64,000 nucleotides of DNA, taken from the NCBI GenBank assembly GCA_050875105.1, contig JBNMMB010000001.1, positions 12,597-76,596 on the forward strand, written 5' to 3'. The DNA comes from Prevotella sp. (GTDB taxonomy: Bacteria; Bacteroidota; Bacteroidia; Bacteroidales; Bacteroidaceae). The notes under the pieces were generated by a model that was not told where the DNA came from, ran no database searches, and saw only the letters and a program-made list of their open reading frames with translations. The position numbers and the translations under genes are program-made. Position 1 is the stretch's first letter; every line of letters begins with the position of its first letter. Below, piece after piece: positions 45,453 through 52,768 of the stretch.

Positions 45453-46790
45453 ATGAACTGGAACCAACTCATTTCCAACAAGCGTTTCGGGCAGGAGGAG
45501 CGCCATGCCCTCCGTCACGACGACCGCTCGGAGTTTAAGCGCGACGGCGACCGCCTGATCTACTCGGCTCCCTTCCGTCGCCTGCAAAACAAGACCCAGG
45601 TGTTTCCGCTCCCGGGCAGCATCTTCGTGCACAACCGCCTGACCCACTCGCTGGAGGTGTCGTCGCTGGGCAAGTCGCTGGGCGACGACGTGGTGCGCCG
45701 CCTGACGGTGGTTCACCCGGAACTGCGGGGCACGCTGTTTGAGGAGATCGGCACCATCGTGCAGACGGCAGGCCTGGCCCACGACATGGGCAACCCGCCT
45801 TTTGGCCATTCGGGCGAGAAGGCCATCCAGACCTACTTCACCGAGGGACCGGGCTCGCAACTGCGCAGCCAGGTGAGCGACGCCTTCTGGGCCGACATCA
45901 CCCACTTTGAGGGCAACGCCAACGCCTTCCGCCTGTTGGTCCACCAGTTTGTGGGCCGGCGCGCGGGCGGCTATGTCATGACCTACGCCTCGCTGGCGTC
46001 GATCGTGAAATATCCTTTCTCCAGCCTGTTGGCCGGGGCGCACGGCAAGTTTGGCTTCTTCACCTCGGAGGCGGCGAGTTTCGCCAAGATCGCCGATGAA
46101 TTGGGGCTTATTCGCCTCTCAGCCCCTGGTGAGCCGCTCCGCTACGCCCGCCATCCGCTGGTGTATCTCATGGAGGCCGCCGACGATATCTGCTACGAGA
46201 TCATGGACATCGAGGACTCTCACAAGTTGAAGATCCTCTCGTATGAGGAGACTCGCGACCTGCTGCTGGGCTTCCTCGACCCGGAGACGCAAGCTCACGT
46301 CATGAGCCGCCTCAAAGAGGAGGGCGTGACCGACCGCAACGAACAGGTGGTCTACATGCGGGCCTGCGTGGTGGGTGCGCTGGAGCGGGCCTGCGTCAAC
46401 ACGTTTGTCGAGAACGAGGAGGCCATCCTGAACGGCAAGTTCAGCGGCAGCCTCATCAGCAACATCGAACCGACGCTGCGCGAGGCCTACCAGCGGTGTG
46501 TGGCCCTGTCGCGACAAAAAATCTACCGCAGCAAACCGGTGCTCGACGTGGAGCTGAGTGGTTACAAGATCATGGAGACGCTGATGGAGACGCTCATCTC
46601 GGCGGCCATCCATCCAGAGAAGTTCCACTCGCAACAACTCATCTGCCGTTTCAGCAGCCAGTATGCCATCGAGAGTCCGGACCTGGAGACGCGCATCATG
46701 GCCGTGCTCGACTACATCAGCGGCATGACCGACATCTACGCGCTCGACATCTACCAGAAGATCGAGGGCATCGCCCTGCCCATCGTCTAA
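45453..46790 (+). CDS. dgt: dGTPase-family deoxynucleoside triphosphate triphosphohydrolase (HD domain)
   Basis: 445 aa with HD-domain blocks (NRLTHSLEVS, LAHDMGNPPFGH) and a C-terminal DYISGMTD. Confidence 0.85.
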   Translation: MNWNQLISNKRFGQEERHALRHDDRSEFKRDGDRLIYSAPFRRLQNKTQVFPLPGSIFVHNRLTHSLEVSSLGKSLGDDVVRRLTVVHPELRGTLFEEIGTIVQTAGLAHDMGNPPFGHSGEKAIQTYFTEGPGSQLRSQVSDAFWADITHFEGNANAFRLLVHQFVGRRAGGYVMTYASLASIVKYPFSSLLAGAHGKFGFFTSEAASFAKIADELGLIRLSAPGEPLRYARHPLVYLMEAADDICYEIMDIEDSHKLKILSYEETRDLLLGFLDPETQAHVMSRLKEEGVTDRNEQVVYMRACVVGALERACVNTFVENEEAILNGKFSGSLISNIEPTLREAYQRCVALSRQKIYRSKPVLDVELSGYKIMETLMETLISAAIHPEKFHSQQLICRFSSQYAIESPDLETRIMAVLDYISGMTDIYALDIYQKIEGIALPIV

Positions 46791-46815
46791 CCCTCAAAAA
46801 AAACACATAACACCG

Positions 46816-47472
46816 ATGAAACGGCGCATTTTCTTCAATCACAAGGAAGAGTTATGGAACAGTTGGAGCCACGCTGGCGGCATCGCCATCGGCGTGGTGT
46901 TTGGCGTGATCTTCCTCGTCTGGTGCTTCCAGGTGGGCAACGGATGGGCCACGGCGAGCATCATCCTCTACCTCTTCGGCATGCTCTGCTCCTACATCGC
47001 CTCGACGGTCTACCACGCGCTGAGCGCTTGGTCGCCATGGAAGGAACGCCTGCGCAAGTGGGACCACGCCGCCATCTACTGGCACATCGCTGGCTCCTAC
47101 TCGCCCATCACACTCATCTGCCTGCGCGACCAGGGCTATTGGGGCTGGACGCTCTTCTGCTTCATCTGGGCGGCGGCCATCGCGGGAACAATCGTCAGCT
47201 TCCGCGGACTGAAGGGGCACAGCAACCTGGAGACCATCTGCTTCGTGGCCATGGGCCTCAGCGTGCTGGTGGCCCTGAAGCCACTCGTCGACTCGCTGCC
47301 GACGGCCTCGTTCTGGTGGATCATCGGCGAGGGCGTCAGCTACATCACGGGCGCCGTGTTCTACAGTCTCAACCGCCGCCGGTTCATGCACACGGTGTTC
47401 CACTTCTTCGTGCTCCTGGGCTCGGTGTGCCACATCATCGCTGTGTGGGACATCCTCATGAAGTATCTCTGA
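46816..47472 (+). CDS. hemolysin III / PAQR-family membrane protein
   Basis: 218 aa with seven TM segments and the conserved N/H and D/H positions (NSWSH, S..YH, DH..IY, H.FV) typical of the family. Confidence 0.85.
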   Translation: MKRRIFFNHKEELWNSWSHAGGIAIGVVFGVIFLVWCFQVGNGWATASIILYLFGMLCSYIASTVYHALSAWSPWKERLRKWDHAAIYWHIAGSYSPITLICLRDQGYWGWTLFCFIWAAAIAGTIVSFRGLKGHSNLETICFVAMGLSVLVALKPLVDSLPTASFWWIIGEGVSYITGAVFYSLNRRRFMHTVFHFFVLLGSVCHIIAVWDILMKYL

Positions 47473-47504
47473 GGACCACGGCTACGTCTCCCACATAACA
47501 GACA

Positions 47505-47553
47505 CAGGGCCACTCCCGCCGATGCTCGTCGCATCCTCACGGGAGTGGCCCTG
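47505..47553. terminator. strong GC-rich hairpin downstream of hlyIII, shared with the convergent minus-strand genes
   Basis: A 14-bp perfect stem (CAGGGCCACTCCCG 47505-47518 with CGGGAGTGGCCCTG 47540-47553) encloses a 21-nt loop. No clean U-tract follows, so terminator function is inferred from position only. Confidence 0.45.
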
Positions 47554-47593
47554 TGGCCTTAATGGCGCTCTACAAAATTAATGAAACTGAGTA

Positions 47594-48088
47594 CTATTTG
47601 GACAACGTCTTGTGCATCTTGCTAAACTCATCCATTATTTTCTTAAGCAGAGAATTTGAATTGTCAACAATTATTGCTGCATATATTTCCTGATTCTCAA
47701 CCTTTGCATTCGCTGTTCGAATTGTATAATGTTGTTTTGCGTTATAATCGTTGAACCATCTTATAAAGAGCTTTGCTCTTGCCCGCTCACGATGGTCACT
47801 ATTATCACAAATATACAACAGAACATTTGAGTTTAATTCAAAAAAATTCTCAATTATAGCAATTATCGTTTTACGTATTTTTATATCCATAGAACCATGA
47901 CTACCATTTGCATTACCGATGCTAAACTGGTAGCTCATGCATCCTCCTATCTCAAACTCTTCAGAAAAAGAGATAGCATACACTATTTTTTGTTCTGTTT
48001 CAAAAAGGTAATAATCAGTTTTGTCAACGTCATGGTACACCTTATATGGAGCAACGCCATTTATTTTTTTGGTGTCTAGTTGCTTCAT
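47594..48088 (-). CDS. hypothetical 164-aa protein in an AT-rich islet
   Basis: ATG start and TAG stop, with no TM segment or signal peptide. The block LLYICDNSDHRERARAKLFIRWF recalls Bacteroidota DUF6169-type proteins; this is from memory and unverified. Sampled codon usage and GC (about 30%) differ sharply from neighbours (about 60%). Confidence 0.6.
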   Translation of the reverse strand: MKQLDTKKINGVAPYKVYHDVDKTDYYLFETEQKIVYAISFSEEFEIGGCMSYQFSIGNANGSHGSMDIKIRKTIIAIIENFFELNSNVLLYICDNSDHRERARAKLFIRWFNDYNAKQHYTIRTANAKVENQEIYAAIIVDNSNSLLKKIMDEFSKMHKTLSK

Positions 48089-48210
48089 GCTTTTCCGAAT
48101 GTCGACTTTAAATCCAGGCCATAATATTTTTTGGCACCTTCTTCCATTTCCTTTTTGTGCTTCAAGAGAAGTTTAAACTTCCTAATAGCCTCTTCTTTTG
48201 CGATTTCCAT
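48085..48210 (-). CDS. 41-aa lysine/glutamate-rich ORF, translationally coupled to the 164-aa ORF
   Basis: My translation is MEIAKEEAIRKFKLLLKHKKEMEEGAKKYYGLDLKSTFGKA*. Its TGA overlaps the downstream ATG (ATGA). An alternative upstream ATG at 48231 would lie only 4 nt from the -7 box. It is too short for the ORF track. Confidence 0.35.
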   Translation of the reverse strand: MEIAKEEAIRKFKLLLKHKKEMEEGAKKYYGLDLKSTFGKA

Positions 48211-48234
48211 AATCTCATAATTTATAATCATCCG

Positions 48235-48242
48235 CAAATATA
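48235..48242 (-). promoter_or_regulatory. -7 promoter box (TATATTTG on minus strand) for the islet ORF pair
   Basis: The plus strand reads CAAATATA, 25 nt upstream of the ATG at 48210. Confidence 0.4.
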
Positions 48243-48289
48243 CACTTAGTTTTAACAACTGCAAAGTATTAAGCGAATTATTTTTTGAC

Positions 48290-49273
48290 CTACAGCATCA
48301 CTGTGTTGGGACGTCCGGGAATACGGAGTGCCTCGGGGTGCTCCTCCACAAAACTGTTGATGTGGCGTACGCGTTTCTCCTCAAAGATCTCATCGACAGC
48401 GATGAGGATGCCACTCTCCTCGACCTCACCAAACTCATGGTTGATGGCCGTGCCGAAAAACTTCATGGTGGGCGACAGGTTCATGTAGGCGTTGACCAGC
48501 GGCGGGATGTTATAGCCCAACTGGCGCACGTGGCGGTTGAGGATGCGGTAGTCCTTGCGGAAGTCGTCCTCGCAGAAAATCTCACGCAACTCGTCCTCGG
48601 GAGTCTCCAAAAGCACCGGTTCCATCGGGGTCACGAGGCCGTCCTTGTCGCCGAAGTGCTTGCGAAGGAAATAGAGGATCATGTCGCGTCCGCGGCGGTT
48701 GAACGAGGGATACATGGTCATCTTTCCGAGGAAATACTTGCAGCGCGGGTTGATGACCGTGAGGGCGCCAAGACCATCCCAGAGGTTGTCGAGGGCAAAG
48801 ATCGACTTGGTGTTCTTGCGCACGTTCTGATAGTCGACAGAGACAAACGAACGGCCGAGCTCCACAGTGTAGGGGGCATAGTCGCGCATGAACTCCTCGG
48901 AGAAGTGGAACATGTGGGCCATGGCCACCTGTGGCTGTCCGCCCGCATTGATCTTCCAATCGTCGCAAAACAAGTAGCGGTAGCCTCCGATGATCTCCTC
49001 GGCCTCGGGGTTCCAGACGATGAGCTGTCGGCAACCATCGTCCATGGTGTCGAACTCGTCGATGTCGACCGACTTTCCCGTTCCGCCACCAGCGGTGCGG
49101 AAGGCAATCTCGCGCAGCCGACCGATCTCGCGCATCACGTTGGGCGAGTTCTTGGCTGTGATGACATAAATCTCGTTGTGGCTCTTGTTGGTTGTCCGCA
49201 ATTCGCGCTCGGGCGTGAGCTCCGCCTTGAGCAGTTCCTTGCTGACGGGTTGGCAAATCTCTTCTTCCTTCAT
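48290..49273 (-). CDS. OlsB/GlsB-type N-acyltransferase (lipoamino-acid synthase, GNAT-like)
   Basis: 327 aa. The size, sequence pattern (REIAFR..GGGTGKS.D.D.FD, VELGRSFV) and pairing with a lysolipid O-acyltransferase match the Bacteroidales glycine-lipid (glsB/choA, commendamide-synthase-like) family. Confidence 0.7.
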   Translation of the reverse strand: MKEEEICQPVSKELLKAELTPERELRTTNKSHNEIYVITAKNSPNVMREIGRLREIAFRTAGGGTGKSVDIDEFDTMDDGCRQLIVWNPEAEEIIGGYRYLFCDDWKINAGGQPQVAMAHMFHFSEEFMRDYAPYTVELGRSFVSVDYQNVRKNTKSIFALDNLWDGLGALTVINPRCKYFLGKMTMYPSFNRRGRDMILYFLRKHFGDKDGLVTPMEPVLLETPEDELREIFCEDDFRKDYRILNRHVRQLGYNIPPLVNAYMNLSPTMKFFGTAINHEFGEVEESGILIAVDEIFEEKRVRHINSFVEEHPEALRIPGRPNTVML

Positions 49274-49290
49274 ACTTCTAAATATCCGGC

Positions 49291-50133
49291 CTACTCACCT
49301 CTCTCGGAGGCTGGCCCTGCTTGTTCGTAAACCTTGTCTTCTACATATTTGGCCCATTCCATCGGTGTCCGGCTCTTGTCGAACGTCTGCCAGGGGATGG
49401 GCTTTCCGACGACCACGCGATAGTCCTTGCCCACGTTCTCATACATCTCGTCGACAAGGAAGAGCATGGCGATGTTGAGCTTCAGGCCCAACTTCTTTTG
49501 CCACTTGGCAATGCGGTAGAACCGCTTGGAGTTGCGTCCGCTGAAATAGATGGGCACCACGTCGCGATGATACTCCACGCTCTTGGTGATGAACGTCTTC
49601 TTCCAAGGCAGGTCGTGGATCTTGCCGTCGATCATCCTCGAGTTGAGTCCGGCGGGGAACATGAGCATGTGGTTGTCGCTCTGGAAGCCAGCCTCCACCA
49701 TGCGGGGGAAGTCGCGGCTCTGCTTGCCGGTCTTGTTGATGCCGATGCTCACGGGGCGCAGGCCCGGGAGCGAGAGCAAGAGGTCGTTGACGAGATAACG
49801 GAAACGACCGTCATAATGTGTGCCGATGATCGAGCCCAGGCAGACGCCGTCCTCACCGCCCAACGGATGGTTGGACACAAAGGTGTACAGCTTGCCGTCG
49901 TTCTTGTCGGGCAGGTTCTCAGCCCCTTCGATGGTGACGTTCATCTTCAGGTACTTCACACACTCGGTGAGCCACTCCGTGCCTGTCTTGTCACGGCTCT
50001 CCCACAGGAAACGGTTCACCTCGTCCTCATGCACGATATGCTTCAGCCAGCTCACCAGGAAACGAGGCACCCACTTGGCCTTGTCGCCCATCTTGCCACG
50101 AAGAATCTTATCTATGTCGATGGTTTTTTCCAT
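49291..50133 (-). CDS. OlsA/GlsA-type lysolipid O-acyltransferase (PlsC family)
   Basis: The track start at 50148 is TTG, so the gene was trimmed to the ATG at 50133 (MEKTIDIDKIL...). An HX4D/E-type motif (SNHPLGGEDG) is present. It lies 18 nt upstream of the GlsB-like gene. Confidence 0.7.
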   Translation of the reverse strand: MEKTIDIDKILRGKMGDKAKWVPRFLVSWLKHIVHEDEVNRFLWESRDKTGTEWLTECVKYLKMNVTIEGAENLPDKNDGKLYTFVSNHPLGGEDGVCLGSIIGTHYDGRFRYLVNDLLLSLPGLRPVSIGINKTGKQSRDFPRMVEAGFQSDNHMLMFPAGLNSRMIDGKIHDLPWKKTFITKSVEYHRDVVPIYFSGRNSKRFYRIAKWQKKLGLKLNIAMLFLVDEMYENVGKDYRVVVGKPIPWQTFDKSRTPMEWAKYVEDKVYEQAGPASERGE

Positions 50134-50168
50134 GCTTTCGCTAATCAAGCTAATCTACTAACAAGTTG

Positions 50169-50176
50169 CAAAAATA
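50169..50176 (-). promoter_or_regulatory. -7 promoter box (TATTTTTG on minus strand) for the glsA/glsB-like operon
   Basis: The plus strand reads CAAAAATA, 36 nt upstream of the ATG at 50133. Confidence 0.45.
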
Positions 50177-50324
50177 ACATTTCTTTTTCTAAATCTGTTC
50201 CTTTTGGCCTAAAAAATCATCATTTCTTCAGAATTGTAACCGAAATGAATGACACACAGAGTGGGCACCGACAGCTCCGCCTGCCACCACCCACAAGTCC
50301 AAGCCAATGACGGACCGTTCTTTT

Positions 50325-50709
50325 TGTCTTGAAAATTCTGAAAAATCCAGCACTTCCAGACTGCACCTTCTAGAGAAAAATAAATAGGTTTTGTCCGATT
50401 AAATTTCGTTAAAAGTCTTAACGGTGGTTAATTTGTATGAAATTGTTCGGAGAAAGAGGCCTAATCGAGTCGCGATAGATATCAAATCGAGACTCGATAG
50501 ATATCTTATCGAGAGTCGATAGATATCGAATCGAGAGTCGATAAGATATCTATCGCAAAACTCTGAGCATGCGCAGAGTTTTCCTAAGAGCACATTTTCT
50601 TCTATCACCCTGAGCATCAGCTGTTTGCACAAAATGCGCTGAGAATCGCGTATTTGCGGCCAAAAATCTTGTCGTGGCAAAAATCGCCTGGATTTTGAGG
50701 GTGTTTGTC
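50325..50709 (-). repeat. copy B of the ~385-bp non-coding repeat (inverted relative to 11805-12189)
   Basis: See copy A for the alignment. It carries the best-preserved 22-bp array, with ATCGAG at 50464, 50486, 50508 and 50530 and ATCGC at 50552. Confidence 0.9.
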
Positions 50710-50794
50710 AATTTATTTATAAGTGCCCATCCCTTTCCGGCCTAAGCCCCGACGTAGCCCGAAAATCATAAAATCACAGGAAAAAACAATTTTT

Positions 50795-50820
50795 GTGAAG
50801 AGAAGTGGGGGAAAGTGGGG
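50795..50820 (+). promoter_or_regulatory. candidate MraZ operator: three 10-bp-phased GTG(G/A)(G/A)G repeats
   Basis: GTGAAG (50795), GTGGGG (50805) and GTGGGG (50815) each sit in an (A)AAGTGGGG(A)A context, immediately upstream of the -7 box at 50830. MraZ is known to bind direct GTGGG-type repeats with about 10-bp phasing upstream of its own operon. Confidence 0.55.
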
Positions 50821-50829
50821 AAATTTGTG

Positions 50830-50837
50830 TAACTTTG
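50830..50837 (+). promoter_or_regulatory. -7 promoter box (TAACTTTG) of the dcw/mra operon
   Basis: Exact TAnnTTTG match 28 nt upstream of the mraZ ATG at 50865. Confidence 0.55.
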
Positions 50838-50864
50838 GAGCCTGATTTATATAAATTAGAACGC

Positions 50865-51347
50865 ATGCGATTTTTAGGCAACATCGAGGCACGAACAGAC
50901 ACGAAGGGACGGGCCTTCCTCCCCTCGGCTTTTCGCAAGGTGCTCATGGCATCGGGCGAGGAGAACCTGGTGTTGCGCCAAGACATCTTCGAGAAATGCC
51001 TCGTGATCTATCCCGAGACGGTATGGAATCGCGAGATGGACGAGATGCGTTCGCGCCTGTCGCGCTGGGACCGCCGCCAGCAGATGGTCTTCCGCAGCTT
51101 TGTGAGCGGCGTGACCAGTCTGGCCGTCGACGCCAGCGGCCGCATCCTCATCCCCAAAGCCTTCCTCGAAGCGGCCGGCATCAAGCAGGACATACGCTTC
51201 GTGGGCATGGGCGACACCATCGAGGTGTGGGCCAACGAGACGGGCAACAACCCCTTCATGGACACCGACGAGTTCGGACAGGCCCTGGAGCAGATGATGG
51301 CACCCACACCTGACAGTGGCTCGCAGGCGACAACAACAAACGAATAG
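50865..51347 (+). CDS. mraZ: transcriptional regulator MraZ
   Basis: Trimmed to the ATG at 50865 (MRFLGNIEARTDTKGRAFLPSAFRK...), giving 160 aa. Two SpoVT/AbrB-like halves carry DxxGR motifs (DTKGRAFLP, DASGRILIP). Confidence 0.9.
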   Translation: MRFLGNIEARTDTKGRAFLPSAFRKVLMASGEENLVLRQDIFEKCLVIYPETVWNREMDEMRSRLSRWDRRQQMVFRSFVSGVTSLAVDASGRILIPKAFLEAAGIKQDIRFVGMGDTIEVWANETGNNPFMDTDEFGQALEQMMAPTPDSGSQATTTNE

Positions 51348-51356
51348 AGACAACCC

Positions 51357-52313
51357 ATGGTCAAGACTGCTGAAACCTATCATGTGCCCGTGTTGCTGAA
51401 AGAAAGCGTCGACGGACTCAACATCAAGCCCAATGGCACCTACGTGGACGTCACCTTCGGCGGCGGCGGACACTCGCGCGAGATCCTCTCACGCCTGGGC
51501 AAGGGCGGACACCTGTTCGGATTCGACCAGGACGCCGACGCCGAGGGCAACGTCAAGACGCTCTTCGACAGCGACAGGCATGCCGACACCGAGGCGCAGG
51601 ACCGACCGGTGTTCACCTTCGTCAGGTCCAACTTCCGCTACCTGAAAAACTGGATGCGCTACCACGACGTGGACCACATCGACGGCCTGCTGGGCGACCT
51701 GGGGGTGTCGAGCCACCACTTCGACGACGAGAGCCGTGGCTTCTCCTTCCGCTTCGACGCGCCACTCGACATGCGCATGAACAAACGGGCTGGCAAGACC
51801 GCCGCCGACATCGTCAACGAGTACGACGAGGCACGCCTGGCCGACGTGTTCTACCTCTACGGCGAGCTGCGCACCTCGCGACGCATCGCCGCCACCCTGG
51901 CCAAGGCTCGCCAACAGAAGCCCATCGCCACCACCCACGACCTGATGGAGGCCGTGGAGCCCCTCTTCCGCCGCGACCGCGAGAAGAAAGACCTGGCGCG
52001 CCTCTTCCAGGCGCTGCGCATCGAGGTGAACCACGAGATGGACGCCCTCAAGGAGATGCTCACGGCCGCCACCGACCTGCTGGCGCCAGGCGGACGGCTC
52101 AGCATCATCACCTACCACTCGCTCGAAGACCGCATCGTGAAAAATGTCATGAAGACCGGACGGGCCGACGGCAAGGTGGAACAAGACTTCTTCGGACGCG
52201 TGGAGAGCCCCTACCGCATGGTCACCTCAAAGGTGATCACCCCCACCGACGAGGAACAACAGAGCAACCCGCGAAGCCGAAGCGCCAAACTTAGAATAGC
52301 CGAGAAGAAATGA
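51357..52313 (+). CDS. rsmH: 16S rRNA (cytosine1402-N4)-methyltransferase
   Basis: 318 aa with blocks HVPVLL, DVTFGGGGHS, GDLGVSS.Q.D...RGFSF, ITYHSLEDR and NPRSRSAKLR. Confidence 0.9.
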   Translation: MVKTAETYHVPVLLKESVDGLNIKPNGTYVDVTFGGGGHSREILSRLGKGGHLFGFDQDADAEGNVKTLFDSDRHADTEAQDRPVFTFVRSNFRYLKNWMRYHDVDHIDGLLGDLGVSSHHFDDESRGFSFRFDAPLDMRMNKRAGKTAADIVNEYDEARLADVFYLYGELRTSRRIAATLAKARQQKPIATTHDLMEAVEPLFRRDREKKDLARLFQALRIEVNHEMDALKEMLTAATDLLAPGGRLSIITYHSLEDRIVKNVMKTGRADGKVEQDFFGRVESPYRMVTSKVITPTDEEQQSNPRSRSAKLRIAEKK

Positions 52314-52762
52314 CTGAAAGCAAGCCGAACATAAAGGAAGAAGAGAAGAAACCGACAGAGCGCAAGCCTCTGGAGGAGCTGACGCTGAAGGAGGTCATCG
52401 AGGAGACGGCCACCGAGGACGAGTCGCCACAGTCGATCAAGTTCTCGCTGCGCAAGATCCTGGGTGGCGACATCCTCAACGCGGCCATCATCCGCCGGCA
52501 GGTGTGGCTCATCCTGCTCATCGCGTTCTTCATGGTCATCTACGTCTCCAACCGATACAGTTGCCAACAAGACATCATCGAGATAGACAAGCTCCACCAA
52601 CAGCTGACCGAGGCCAAGTACAAGGCGCTCAGCAGCCAGAGCGAGCTCACAGAAGTCAGCCGCGAGAGCAACGTGCTCGACATGCTGAAAAACAACAAGG
52701 ACAGCGTGCTGAAGATTGCCAGCCAGCCTCCTTATTTTATAGAAATACCCAATGGTCAATAA
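52310..52762 (+). CDS. ftsL: FtsL-like cell-division protein
   Basis: 150 aa. It forms an ATGA overlap with the rsmH stop. A single TM helix (VWLILLIAFFMVIYV) is followed by a short coiled coil. Its position between rsmH and ftsI is canonical. Confidence 0.6.
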   Translation: MTESKPNIKEEEKKPTERKPLEELTLKEVIEETATEDESPQSIKFSLRKILGGDILNAAIIRRQVWLILLIAFFMVIYVSNRYSCQQDIIEIDKLHQQLTEAKYKALSSQSELTEVSRESNVLDMLKNNKDSVLKIASQPPYFIEIPNGQ

Positions 52763-52768
52763 CCCGTC

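Noticed and set aside
47897-48079. A 60-aa plus-strand ORF inside the AT-rich islet.
   Set aside because: It is antisense to the 164-aa ORF, has no upstream -7 box, and is a hydrophobic/low-complexity translation typical of AT-rich antisense frames.
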